DNA of 63,673 nt, the filler included, from Octopus bimaculoides (lineage: Eukaryota): the NCBI RefSeq assembly GCF_001194135.2. It is 4 parts of 4 records of this genome, joined end to end, with 100 filler letters (N's around TTAATTAATTAA, not from the genome) between each part and the next. Parts side by side here need not be neighbours in the genome. Positions count along the whole stretch, not along the records: positions 24,544 to 54,066 come from NC_069009.1; 3 more parts are not named here. The stretch is one strand, 5' to 3'. Under the pieces are notes generated by a model. The model had not been told where the DNA came from, did not search any database, and saw only the letters and a list, made by a program, of their open reading frames with translations. The position numbers and the translations under genes were made by a program. Each line of letters opens with the position of its first letter. Positions within the stretch are counted from its first letter, which is position 1. Shown here one piece after another: positions 41,048 to 52,776 of this stretch.

Positions 41048-41207
41048 CTCTTTCAGTTTTGGTCTACCAAATCCACTCTCAAGATTCTGGTTGTCTTGAG
41101 GTTAATGTAGGAGTCACTTGCCCAAGGTGCCATGCAGTGGGACTGAACCTGGAACCACGTGACCAGGAAGTGAACTTCTTAACCACATAACCATCTCTGT
41201 GTCTATA
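41048..41207 (-). mobile_element. SINE family 1 head, old, in ZNF-D intron
   Basis: CTACCAAATCCACT..CACTTGCCCAAGGTGCCATGCAGTGGGACTGAACC. Confidence 0.8.
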
Positions 41208-41278
41208 TTATTGTTATAGAAAAGTAATAAAATGTCCACTGTTGTGTCTCTTCTGTTTAAGTATCTTCTATATCTTAC

Positions 41279-41302
41279 CCTGTTGTTTCTCTTTTATTTC
41301 AG
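41279..41302 (+). promoter_or_regulatory. 3' splice acceptor of ZNF-D
   Basis: CTGTTGTTTCTCTTTTATTTCAG|AATATCAGATGAC. Confidence 0.75.
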
Positions 41303-41712
41303 AATATCAGATGACATTGGCATAATGATCATTTCTCCATCCAGGCCCATCATCAATATTGAATTGGCTTTTAAAGACTAAAGGAACATGTTATAGAAAC
41401 CAGATGTAATACTGTTTCTATAACTCTATGGGGAATTACAGAGGTGAACAGCGACATTTCTCTACTTTACTGTCTGGATTGTGTGCAACATGAATTTGTA
41501 AATAGATTTGAATAAATTTACAAAGTAATTTGCTGCTTCTTCAGATATCAGTGAAGATTGCAGTTGATAGAAAATGTAACAGTCAAAAATATTTGTAACA
41601 AATATAAGAGCAAAAACAAGAAATCTATGTGTATATTTTGGTGGAAGAAGAAAAGATAAAGGAAAATTAATTAATGTGAAGGACTTATAAAAGGTTAATT
41701 TTAAGTGAAGAT

Positions 41713-42882
41713 ATGCTGAAGATGGTAGAAAAATCACCGCTTTACTGTGATATCTGTGGTAAATCATTCTCTCAGAAACGGAACTTGAATAACCATAAAT
41801 GTAATCGTTCAGAAGAGAAGCCATATCACTGTGATACCTGTGGTAAGTCCTTCTCTCAAAATGTTTATCTCACTATGCACAAGCGCATTCATACCGGAGA
41901 GAAGCCACATCACTGTGACATCTGTGGTAAATCATTCTCTCAGAAAGGGAACTTAACTACTCACAAGCGTATTCATACAGGAGAGAAACCATATCACTGT
42001 GATATCTGTGGTATATCATTCTCTCAAAACGTTTTTCTCACTATTCACAAACGTATTCATACAGGAGAGAAGCCATACCAGTGTGATATCTGTGGTAAAT
42101 CTTTCTTTCAGAATCATCACCTGACGTCTCACAAATACATTCATACAGGGGAAAAACCAAATCACTGTGATATCTGTGGCAAAGCATTTTCACTAATGCA
42201 TCTACTAACTAAACACAAACGTAGCCATACAGGAGAGAAGCCATATCAGTGTGATATCTGTGTTAAATCATTCTCTGAAAGTAGTAACTTAACTGCGCAC
42301 AAACGCATTCATACAGGAGAGAAACCATATCACTGTGATATCTGTGGGAAATCGTTCTCTCACAGTAGTGATTTAACTACTCACAAGCGGGTTCATACTG
42401 GAGAAGAGCCATATCACTGTGATATCTGTGGTAAATCTTTCTCTCAGAAAACTAACCTCACTACACACAAGCGTATTCATACGGGCGAGAAGCCTTACCA
42501 GTGTGAAATCTGTGGGGAGTCATTCTCTCAAAATCGTAATGTGATGTCTCACAAATTCATTCATTCAGGTGAAAAACCAAATCACTGCAACATCTGTGGT
42601 AAATCTTTCTCTCTAAAGCATTGCTTAGCTAAACACCAGCGCATTCACACAGGAGAGAGACCATATCATTGCGATATCTGTGGCAAATCGTTCTCGCAAA
42701 GTGGTAACTTGACCAAACACAGACGTATTCATACAGGAGAGAAGCCATTTCATTGTGATATCTGTGATAAATCGTTCTCTCAAAGCGGTAATTTAACTAC
42801 TCATAAATGCATTCATACAGGAGAGAAACCATATCAGTGTGATGTACCTGTTGTAAATCAATCTCTTAAAATGAAAACTTAA
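41713..42882 (+). CDS. C2H2 zinc-finger protein D, 389 aa, 13 fingers (first lacks last His), short leader
   Basis: TGEKP-linked fingers; ends by frameshift [14 protein letters not shown]. Confidence 0.9.
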   Translation: MLKMVEKSPLYCDICGKSFSQKRNLNNHKCNRSEEKPYHCDTCGKSFSQNVYLTMHKRIHTGEKPHHCDICGKSFSQKGNLTTHKRIHTGEKPYHCDICGISFSQNVFLTIHKRIHTGEKPYQCDICGKSFFQNHHLTSHKYIHTGEKPNHCDICGKAFSLMHLLTKHKRSHTGEKPYQCDICVKSFSESSNLTAHKRIHTGEKPYHCDICGKSFSHSSDLTTHKRVHTGEEPYHCDICGKSFSQKTNLTTHKRIHTGEKPYQCEICGESFSQNRNVMSHKFIHSGEKPNHCNICGKSFSLKHCLAKHQRIHTGERPYHCDICGKSFSQSGNLTKHRRIHTGEKPFHCDICDKSFSQSGNLTTHKCIHTGEKPYQCDVPVVNQSLKMKT

Positions 42883-43290
<408 letters not shown>

Positions 43291-43375
43291 ACAAAACAGT
43301 AATTTTTTTTCAATACCTAAATTCCATTTTTTGATATTCACAATTCAACAAGTGTGCTACCATATTATATCTTAA

Positions 43376-43644
43376 CCCATTACCTACCAGTGATCTCATA
43401 TGAGATCACTTAAAAATTACAAATTTTGTAAATTATCTGTCAATATTTACACATATCTAACCTTTTTGCTATATCTCCTAGGTATATTTCTCTGATATTC
43501 AAATGAGGTTTGCTAATTTTTCACCCAATATCTCGCTTATTTCTATTTAAAATGTTATTTTGATCATTCCAGCATGTTTCTAAGGCTGTTTTATGCTAGA
43601 AATCAAAGTTTCATTAAAAAAACTCCAGTTAATAGAATTATGGG
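43376..43644. mobile_element. piggyBac-type MITE family A, copy 1
   Basis: TTAA|CCCATTACC ... ATGGG|TTAA; near-identical to 43822-44100. Confidence 0.85.
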
Positions 43645-43648
43645 TTAA

Positions 43649-43813
43649 TATTCAAGTTACACTATCAAATGTAATGCTTATTTATTCACATTGTTTTGAA
43701 TTAATCATGCATTATCTCTCATAGACCTGAGATTTCAATGATGTAAGAGGCCAGATCTGGCTGGTTTGAACATAAAACAGGCAGAATATTTGAGCAGGAT
43801 ATGGCCAGTTTAA
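43649..43813. mobile_element. piggyBac-type MITE family B, internal part
   Basis: AAATGTAATGCTTATTTATTCACATTG..GAATTAATCATGCATTATC..GAACATAAAACAGG matches 37893-38112. Confidence 0.75.
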
Positions 43814-43821
43814 CCTTTTAA

Positions 43822-44100
43822 CCCATTACCTACCAGTGATCTCATATGAGATCACTTAAAAATTACAAATTTCGTAAATTATCTCTCAATATTTACACAT
43901 ATCTAACCTTTTTGCTATATCTACGAGGTATATTTCTCTGATATTCAAATGAGGTTTGCTAATTTTTCACCCAATATCTCGCTTATTTCTATTCAAAATG
44001 TTATTTTGATCATTCCAGCGTGTTTCTAAGGCTGTTTTATGCTAGAAATCAAAGTTTCATAAAAAAGATTCCAGTTAATAGAATTATAGGAGGTAATGGG
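43822..44100. mobile_element. piggyBac-type MITE family A, copy 2
   Basis: TTAA|CCCATTACCT ... AGGTAATGGG|TTAA, perfect 10-bp TIR. Confidence 0.9.
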
Positions 44101-45425
44101 TTAAGCAAATTATATCCATTTTTTTTTCTCTTTGGTAATTTGATCAATATTGGTGCTTTTATTGAAAGTTTGCATAAAGTTTCCTTATTCATTGAACAGT
44201 GTAATGGAAAAACTATTGGGAAAATATGATTTATGCATGTGATGTAATTGCTCTTACAATTTGTCCCAGAACTATCCAGGTAAATAATATTATCACTAGT
44301 ATATGAATCTATGGGCCCTTTATTTCTAATTAGTTTTATGAGTGAGTGCCAACACACGACACTCTTGTCCCTTTAGTCATTCTGTTACTTCTGCTAAATT
44401 TTAATAAATACACATATAATCTCGTTTTGAGTTCAGTTTTCCTTTTTGCATTGCTAAACATATATATATATATACATACAAGGTTAGATCAATAAGTATC
44501 CATAGTAACGAAGATAAAGCATGCAGAGTGAAGCTGCTTGGCATAGATTGTGCTTCAGCTTCGTTACTATGGCAACCGTCCGGATACTTAGTGATCAGAC
44601 CATGTATATATACTTAATATATGTTTGCATTGCATATGTGAGTATATGCATGTGTATTTGTATGCAAGTATATATTTGTGTGCATGTGTATATATGTATG
44701 TTTGTATACAAATATGTGCATGTATGTAGGAAAGGAAAGATCTTCTCCCCCACCACTTCTTTGGTCCTATATTCCCGAGCGTTATACTAATACATCCATT
44801 TGTTGTTTACACCACCTGTCTTCGTCTGTTGTTTTTTCATGAATTCTCCCTGTATATATATATATATATATATTACTGTTTAACCCCCAGAAAACATCGT
44901 TGGCTATATGGCACAGTATCTGTGTCCTTATATTTTTGAAAATATAAGCTACTATAAATCGGCACAAACTTTCTGGACAACCCAATATCTTTTAAATTTG
45001 TTTAAGGTAACGTCAGAGGTATGCAAAGTCAAATGACCGAAACAAGTNNNNNNNNNNNNNNNNNNNNNNNNNNNNNNNNNNNNNNNNNNNNNNNNNNNNN
45101 NNNNNNNNNNNNNNNNNNNNNNNNNNNNNNNNNNNNNNNNNNNNNNNNNNNNNNNNNNNNNNNNNNNNNNNNNNNNNNNNNNNNNNNNNNNNNNNNNNNN
45201 NNNNNNNNNNNNNNNNNNNNNNNNNNNNNNNNNNNNNNNNNNNNNNNNNNNNNNNNNNNNNNNNNNNNNNNNNNNNNNNNNNNNNNNNNNNNNNNNNNNN
45301 NNNNNNNNNNNNNNNNNNNNNNNNNNNNNNNNNNNNNNNNNNNNNNNNNNNNNNNNNNNNNNNNNNNNNNNNNNNNNNNNNNNNNNNNNNNNNNNNNNNN
45401 NNNNNNNNNNNNNNNNNNNNNNNNN

Positions 45426-45580
45426 NTGGTAAGTAGCCTGCTTATGAACCACATGGTTCCGGATTCAGTCCCACCGCGTGGCACCTTGGGCAAGTGTCTT
45501 CTACTATAGCCTCGGGCGGACCAAAGCCTTGTGAGTGGATTTGGTAGATGGAAACTGAAAGAAGCCCATCGGATATATTT
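45426..45580 (+). mobile_element. SINE family 1 head
   Basis: TGGTAAGTAGCCTGC..GGATTCAGTCCCACCGCGTGGCACCTTGGGCAAGTG. Confidence 0.85.
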
Positions 45581-45614
45581 ATATATATATATATAACATA
45601 AAGCCTATATATAT

Positions 45615-45787
45615 ATACAGCTTGGCACCTGTGATGTCGCAACTCATTTCTACAGCTGAGTTAACTGGAGCAACGTGAAATAAAATGTCTTGCTCAAGAA
45701 CACAACACGAAGCCCGGACCGGGATTCGAACTCACAACCTCACGATCGTAAGCTCGACGCTCTAACCACTGAGCCATGCGCCTTCAC
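45615..45787 (-). mobile_element. SINE family 3, young
   Basis: Clean A box TGGCTCAGTGG and B box GTTCGAATCC on minus strand. Confidence 0.9.
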
Positions 45788-45981
45788 TATTGTATATATA
45801 TCTCCTGTATATGTGTGATACACATGCATTATATATAATACATATTCCGTATTTCTTTTCCAACCATCTAAGTAACTAGGGACTTATGAAAAAAAAAAAA
45901 AAGCTTTATGTTACTCAGAGCATAGAAAACGAGGGCCAGCTAAAATTTTGGAAACAAGCGTGGATGTTTAAGGGCAAAGGG

Positions 45982-47142
45982 TTAAGTGTGTGTTAGTTTG
46001 TGTCTTTTCAAAACACTGCTGGATATAAACGATTTGCCGCACATTTCACAGTGGTATGGTTTCTCGCCAGTGTGGCTACGTTTGTGAACAACAAGATGAG
46101 ACTTGACACAGAAAGACTTCCCGCAAACGTCACAATGAAACAGTTTCTCTCCAGTGTGACTACGTACATGAACAACAAGGTTGGACTTATCAAAGAACGA
46201 TTTCGCACATATTTCGCAATGAAACTTTTTCTCCTCCGTGTGCATCCTTCTATGTCTCGTCAACACGCTGTTAGACACAAAACACTTTGCACAAATGTCA
46301 CAACGATAAGGTTTTTCTCCGGTGTGTAATATTTTATGCCTGGTCAAATTACTATTAGAGAAGAAACATTTACCACATATGTCACAATGATACGGCTTTT
46401 CTCCGGTATGGCTTCTTTTGTGTCTTTTTAACACGTAGCTACTTAAAAAGTATTTACCACAAACATCACAGTAAAACCGTTTTTCGCCAGCGTGTATTCT
46501 TCGATCATGAACTACGAGACTAGAATTAACAGAAAACGATTTCTGGCATATTTCACATGGTTTGTCTCCAATTTGAATACATATCTGTTCAACAAGGCTC
46601 GGGTTCGTTTTCCCATTATGTATTCTTTTATGAACAACGAGGCTTGAATTAACAGTGAAAGCTTTCCCACAGATATCACACTGATACGGTTTTTCTCCGG
46701 TGTGCACACGTATATGAATTACAAGTTTAGAATTACAAATAAAACCTTTCCCACATATTTCACAATGATAAGGCTTTTCGCCACTGTGAATTCGTTTATG
46801 AACTGTTAGATAACTATTATCGACAAACGATTTCCCACAAACTTCACAGTGGTACGGTTTTTCTCCTGTGTGACTCCGAATGTGACCCACAAGATGAGAA
46901 TTTTGTGTAAATGACTTGCCGCAAATTTTGCAGCGAAACGGTTTTTCCCCGGCATGTATCCTCTTGTGTTTCGTTAAATTGCTGTTAGAAACAAAAGATT
47001 TTCCGCATATTTCGCAATGTATATTTGCGTCTAACGATCTTCGTTTATCAAATGTTTCCTCATCACTGTAAGTCCACGCAACTGTATCTATATCGTTAAA
47101 AACAGCTGTGCCAGAAGTGCTTAAGCAATTAACACCGTCCAT
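45982..47142 (-). CDS. C2H2 zinc-finger protein E, 386 aa, 12 fingers split 5+7; divergent leader
   Basis: Intact ORF, TGEKP linkers, 20-aa non-canonical spacer after finger 5. Confidence 0.95.
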   Translation of the reverse strand: MDGVNCLSTSGTAVFNDIDTVAWTYSDEETFDKRRSLDANIHCEICGKSFVSNSNLTKHKRIHAGEKPFRCKICGKSFTQNSHLVGHIRSHTGEKPYHCEVCGKSFVDNSYLTVHKRIHSGEKPYHCEICGKGFICNSKLVIHIRVHTGEKPYQCDICGKAFTVNSSLVVHKRIHNGKTNPSLVEQICIQIGDKPCEICQKSFSVNSSLVVHDRRIHAGEKRFYCDVCGKYFLSSYVLKRHKRSHTGEKPYHCDICGKCFFSNSNLTRHKILHTGEKPYRCDICAKCFVSNSVLTRHRRMHTEEKKFHCEICAKSFFDKSNLVVHVRSHTGEKLFHCDVCGKSFCVKSHLVVHKRSHTGEKPYHCEMCGKSFISSSVLKRHKLTHT

Positions 47143-49345
47143 ATTAATTAATTAATTAATCCTCAAGGAATTCTTTTAAGAGTTGATAAACAGAAATATC
47201 TTCGAGTACATTTCAGGTTCTTTTTTGTGTTTTTGAATCAGGACTCTCGTTGTTTACAAGTGCGGAAAATATACAGTGAGATATATTCTCGGTTTACCAT
47301 CCGGATGTCTGTTGGTAAGTGGGTCTTCTGCAAATCACATACGTACACAGAAATCCGTCTATTTCTACGTCAAGGGATAATGTGGACACGGTGAATTTGA
47401 ATGTTCCCTGTGTAGATTAAAATATACACATGTATATACACATAGAGAGAGAGAGTTCATTAGTGAATGGTCAAAGTACAGTACTTCCACGACAGATTTG
47501 TCATGTAACGTTTCGTTTCATGTATATAGAAGGGAGTAAATATATTTATTACAGTGTAAGATCGATATCGACGAAAGGACGTGTGTGTGTGTGTGTATGG
47601 TGCAAATAAATCAGGTTTGTTCGGCCACAGATGCCAGAAAAATATGCAATATGAACAATGATCGCAATCCAAATATATACATGATTTCTATTTGACGATC
47701 ATCTGGGAACTCAAGAAGGTTCAGAAAAGTTAATTACTCGTTTAATTTGCTTGTAGTGATTGAAGCAGGTTCCCTTCTGTCCTGGTCTTGTGTAAATCAA
47801 TGAAACAACCAATTAACGATGTATTTTGTAGATGAAATGAAATTATTTAATGATGAAGGAGATCGAACACCGACTCTGGAACATGTAGCTCACTCCTATC
47901 CGATCCACAAACATTAATGATCACCGACATAATTACTATACACGATATAATTAAATTAGCAGAACGAATTAGAAACATAAATAAGCAGACGGTGTCGTTC
48001 ACAATTTTCCCCTGTTTCAATGGTGCCGGTATCACTAGTTTTAAGTCCCTTATGTAATTTAATACATTCAGAAAAGCTTTCAATTTCATCGATTTGTTCA
48101 TTCAACTGTATACTATCCATGGTAAATAAATGAAAAAAAAATAACGTGAATAAAATAGGCGATTGTAATAATATTATTAAAAGTTTTTTTTTTTTTGCTT
48201 GTTGCACGTTATATACAACAGGGAGAAAAATTTTAGAAAAAAAAAAAGACATTTAAAATTTGACACGGAAAAAAACGAAACGTAGAAAAGAATCCTCATT
48301 TCTCATTTGTGTGTTTGCGTACGTCCGTGTGTGCGTGTAATATTAAAAGTAAGTAAGTTTTCTTTTTCTTTATTTTTCGACTATATTCAGAACCTGATCG
48401 ATAAGTCATTTTTCTTCGGAAATATAGGATAATTTATGCCATGTAATATAACACCAATTTTTATCATGTACCGACCGATATTGTAAGTCCGTAAAGAGAG
48501 AGAGAGAAGATAGAAAATTTCATATTTTACTGTAAGCAAAATTTTTCATAATTCCATTACATTTAACGGAATGTGCTTTCAAATTTAAAATTGCTTTAGA
48601 AATAACACACACACATGCAATGCACACATAACAATAGTTCTCAACCGGGTAGTTCACATGACCTCTGAGAGTCCATATAAGATTGGGTGGGGGACGTCTA
48701 CGCAAGAAAATAGTAAATTGGGGATTCAGAATAGTATTTTAAGGGCCCCTGAAGAAAATTTGGTTTTGGATGTGTGTATTGCAAGAATTGTCTACGTTTC
48801 CTTCTCTAAGATTTTACGTAGTTCAATCGACACAAGTTAATGTGTGATAAACAAAACAGAAATTTTGGAAGAAGTTTCTATAAAACTAGTTTTTAAACAT
48901 TGAATAGTAACCAAAGGGATCCATAGATTTAAAAAAAGAAAGGGGTTTGATATATAGCGAAACTAAGTACATTTCAGCATTCGTCTTTCCGAGTCGGTTT
49001 TTATAAAGTTTTATTGTCTTCGTGTCGTTAATTTACACAAAGGAAGTTTGTGTTGGTGCGTGAATTATGTGATATTGGAAAAGACATTTGGTGTAATAAA
49101 ATATACTTCATCATAGTCACTTGTTATATAGTAATAAATAACAGGTAAGATATATAATCTATATTATTTAGTAAAAATAAAGTGGACATTCGATAACTGA
49201 AAACTTTTTTTTGGCGGAATTCTTTACGCAAAGCCTTCATAACTTTTTTTTTTAGCGGAATTTTCAGAAGTTTTTACAAATTTGAGCAATACATGACAAG
49301 ATTGAGACCATAGTCGTAACATTGCCCGAATTTGTGTTCTATTCA

Positions 49346-49748
49346 CGAGAAATCTTACGACTATGCAAAAACCCCCCAAAATTTTTTGTATGTGATTTAA
49401 GTGGTATTTGGCTGTTATTTTTAGCACATTTCACGACCACTTCATACTCTCCTCGTTTGTTTGTCTTGTCCCTTACGTATTGATGTTTCTCAATATCTTT
49501 CTTCCTATAAACACATTTAATGGTATATTGCTGGCATTTTTTTGCGAATTTATGTTCTACACACGAGAAATACGACCATGCAAAAACCTAAAAAAAAACC
49601 CAATTATTTTCGTGTGATTTAAGGGGTATTTAGCTGTTATTTTTAGCATATCCTACGCCCACCTCATACCGTCCTTGTTTATCATTTTGACATTGATGTT
49701 TTACAATATCTTTCTCCCCATAAACACATCTAATGGTCTCTTGCTGGG
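49346..49748. repeat. Diverged ~217-bp tandem duplication between ZNF-E and ZNF-F
   Basis: ACGAGAAAT..ACGAC.ATGCAAAAACC...CTGTTATTTTTAGCA...ATAAACACAT.TAATGG at 49346 and 49563. Confidence 0.8.
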
Positions 49749-49794
49749 ATCTAAAACTAAAATTCGGACTACCCGTATTTTTTTTTTTAAATTT

Positions 49795-50350
49795 GCAGGA
49801 GTGGGTATGTGGTAAGTAGCTTGCTTACTAACCACATAGTTCTGGGTTCAGTCCCACTGCATAGCATCTTGTTCAAGTGTTTTCTACTATATGGGACAAG
49901 CTGGTGAAGCATGATCTTTGAACTTTGAGCCTCACAGAGGCAATGACTGGTAACCAAAACCTTTGGCAATGTGCTGTGCTTGAGAGGACCCATCAAGCCA
50001 AGATGGGCTTCTTTCAGTTTCCATCTATCAAATCCACTCATAAGGCTTTATTTGGCCTGGAACTAGAGTAGAAGACACTTGTCCAAGATCTTTTCTACTC
50101 TAGGCACAAGGCCCAAAATTTTTAGGGAGGGGCAGTCAATTAGATTGACCCCAGTATGGTACTGGTACTTAGTTTATCGACCCCTGAAAGGCAAAGTCAA
50201 CCTTGGCGGAATTTGAACTCAACGTAAAAACAGACGAAATACCACTAAACATTTTGCCTATCTTGCTAATGTAAGATGTCACATAGTGGGACTGAACTCG
50301 GAGTTTTGTAGTTCAGAAGCAAACTTTTTATCATACAACTATGCCTGCTC
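49795..50350. mobile_element. Nest of SINE fragments (family 1 +, family 1 -, family 2 -, family 1 head -)
   Basis: Recognisable heads and domains of both families in alternating orientation. Confidence 0.75.
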
Positions 50351-50390
50351 ATATCTATATCTCTATTTAAGCATCCTTTTTACCTAAAAC

Positions 50391-50415
50391 TGTTGTTTCT
50401 CTTTTTTTATTTTAG
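50391..50415 (+). promoter_or_regulatory. 3' splice acceptor of ZNF-F
   Basis: TGTTGTTTCTCTTTTTTTATTTTAG|ATTATCCGATGAC. Confidence 0.75.
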
Positions 50416-50504
50416 ATTATCCGATGACATTGCCACCCAAGACCTGATACTTCATCAATATTTCTCATCTTTTTCTGACTAAGAAAACTAAAGGAAAATA
50501 TACA

Positions 50505-50593
50505 AAAAAGTTAGTTTACTAAATTCTTTGTTGTATTTAAAATTAACTGAAAGAAACACAGAGCATCTCAACAGAAATATGGCAACAAAAGGG
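50505..50593. mobile_element. piggyBac-type MITE end (family C) in ZNF-F 5' UTR
   Basis: ...GAAATATGGCAACAAAAGGG|TTAA = TIR CCCTTTTGTTGCC next to TTAA; other end not seen. Confidence 0.55.
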
Positions 50594-50634
50594 TTAAATT
50601 AAATGCTGACACTTTTACACAAAAACAAGTTCAC

Positions 50635-51428
50635 AATTTCTTCGGATATTGCCAATGATTGCAATTGATGAAAATACAGCTGTGAAGAAAGAATAATTTG
50701 TTAAGAATAAAATGTGAAAATGCAAATAAGTAAATATTATTTCTGAATGAAGATAGATAACAGCATTTCTCTTCAATGAAGTAAAAATTGCTTCTGAATT
50801 AAAATTAATTTTTTTTTTTTTTTCTTTGCTTTCCACAATCATTAAAAGTTGATTTAAACTCAGACAAATTTTATTAATTAGTTTGTGTAGCATCTTTGGA
50901 CATTGACCAAACTCACAGTTGTTGTTAGGATTAAAACAAAAGAAAAAAAACAGAAAGAAGACAAATATCTTTATACACTGTGGTGAAAGAAGAAAAGTTA
51001 TGGAAAATGGATTTTGTGAGGACAAAGTTGACTGTTTGTGTAGAATCTTCGATTATTGACAACGATTTCAATTGATGGAAATATAGCTGTGAAGGAAAAA
51101 TAATATGTAAAAATACAAACTAGTAAATATTATTTTAAATTATGATAAATAACAGCTATTCTCTTCAGACAAGTAATATAACACCTGAATTAAAATTAAT
51201 AACGTTTTCCTTCTTTTCTCTTCGCAATTTTTTCAAGATGGTTATGCTTTCGAATTAAACTCAGACAAAATTTATTGGTTAATTTTGTGTGACATCTCCA
51301 GATATTGACAAAAATTATAGTTACTAGGATTAAAACAAAAGACAAAACAGAAAGAAGACAGATATTTCTATATACTGTGGTGTAAGAAGAAAAATTATGG
51401 AAAATGAATTTTGTGAGGACAAGGTTGA
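50635..51428 (+). repeat. 397-bp tandem duplication of ZNF-F 5' UTR plus start codon region
   Basis: ATGGAAAATG(G/A)ATTTTGTGAGGACAA at 51000 and 51397 with colinear upstream sequence. Confidence 0.9.
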
Positions 51429-52776
51429 ATGGAAAACACAATCAGAAATAATTGGTCTCCAAGATGTAAAGAAAGAGAAAGAAAAGACATTATATGACTG
51501 TGATGTGTGTGGTAAATTGTTTTCTCAAAAATGGAATCTTACCGCTCATAAACGTGCTCACACAGGAGAAAAACTGTATCACTGTGACGTCTGTGGTGTG
51601 TCAGTATCACGAAATGACCATTTAATTGAACACAAACGTATTCATACTGGAGAGAAACCATTCGATTGTGATACTTGTGGTAAATCATTCTCTGGAAGTA
51701 GTGACCTAACTAAACATAAACGTATTCATACAGGAGAAAAATCATATCAGTGTGATATCTGTGGTAAATCTTTCTCTGAAACTAGTCACTTAACCAAGCA
51801 CACACGTGTCCATACAGGTGAGAAGCCATATCATTGCAACATCTGTGGTAAGTCATTCTCTCAGAATGAACACCTGACTAAACACAAACGCATTCATACC
51901 GGAGAGAAGCCGTATCAGTGTGATATCTGTGGTAAATTATTTACTCAAAGTGGTGACTTAACTGTACATAAACGTACACATACAGGAGAGAAACCATATC
52001 ATTGTGATATCTGTGGGAAATATTTTTCTGATGGTAGTCAGTTTACTAAACACAAGCGTATTCATACAGGAGAGAGGCCGTATTTCTGTGATATCTGTGG
52101 TATGTCATTCGCTCAGAAGGAACATGTAACTAAACACAAACGTGTTCACACAGGAGAGAAGCCATATCAGTGTGATATCTGTGGTAAATCATTCTCGCAA
52201 AGTGGTGACTTAACAATACACAGACGTGTTCACACGGGAGAAAAGCCATATCATTGTGATGTCTGTGGTAAATCTTTCTCCGATCGAAGTCAGTTTACGA
52301 AACACAGACGCATTCATACAGGGGAAAAGCCATATTCCTGTGATATCTGTGGGGCATCATTCTGTCAAAAGGTACACTTAACTAAACACAACCGTATTCA
52401 TACAGGAGAGAAGCCATATCATTGTAATATCTGTGGTAAATCTTTCTCCCAGAGTGGAGACTTAAATATACACAAGCGTATTCATACAGGCGAGAGACCA
52501 TATCACTGTGATGTCTGTGGTAAATCATTCTCTGATGGGAGCCAGTTCACTAAACACAAGCGTATTCATACAGGAGAGAAGCCATATCACTGCAGTGCCT
52601 GTGGTAAATCATTCTCTGAAACTGGCCGCTTGACTAAACACAAATGTATTCATGCAGGAGAGAAGCACCATGACAACAATATCCATGATGTATCGTTCTT
52701 TCAGGGAAATTCTGTAGCTACTTACAAATACATTGAAGGAGAAGAGGCACCATATCACTCATCATCATCGTTTTAA
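51397..52776 (+). CDS. C2H2 zinc-finger protein F, 459 aa, 14 fingers plus degenerate 15th
   Basis: Leader MENEFCEDKVEWK homologous to A/B; TGEKP-linked fingers. Confidence 0.95.
   Translation: MENEFCEDKVEWKTQSEIIGLQDVKKEKEKTLYDCDVCGKLFSQKWNLTAHKRAHTGEKLYHCDVCGVSVSRNDHLIEHKRIHTGEKPFDCDTCGKSFSGSSDLTKHKRIHTGEKSYQCDICGKSFSETSHLTKHTRVHTGEKPYHCNICGKSFSQNEHLTKHKRIHTGEKPYQCDICGKLFTQSGDLTVHKRTHTGEKPYHCDICGKYFSDGSQFTKHKRIHTGERPYFCDICGMSFAQKEHVTKHKRVHTGEKPYQCDICGKSFSQSGDLTIHRRVHTGEKPYHCDVCGKSFSDRSQFTKHRRIHTGEKPYSCDICGASFCQKVHLTKHNRIHTGEKPYHCNICGKSFSQSGDLNIHKRIHTGERPYHCDVCGKSFSDGSQFTKHKRIHTGEKPYHCSACGKSFSETGRLTKHKCIHAGEKHHDNNIHDVSFFQGNSVATYKYIEGEEAPYHSSSSF

Noticed and set aside
45715-45787. tRNA gene
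   Set aside because: A and B boxes present but run directly into a SINE body, and no acceptor stem or terminator; SINE head
47143-47160. (TTAA)n-like run immediately upstream of the ZNF-E ATG
   Set aside because: Resembles the linker and piggyBac sites, but there are no Ns or TIRs and piggyBac leaves no footprint; treated as a simple repeat
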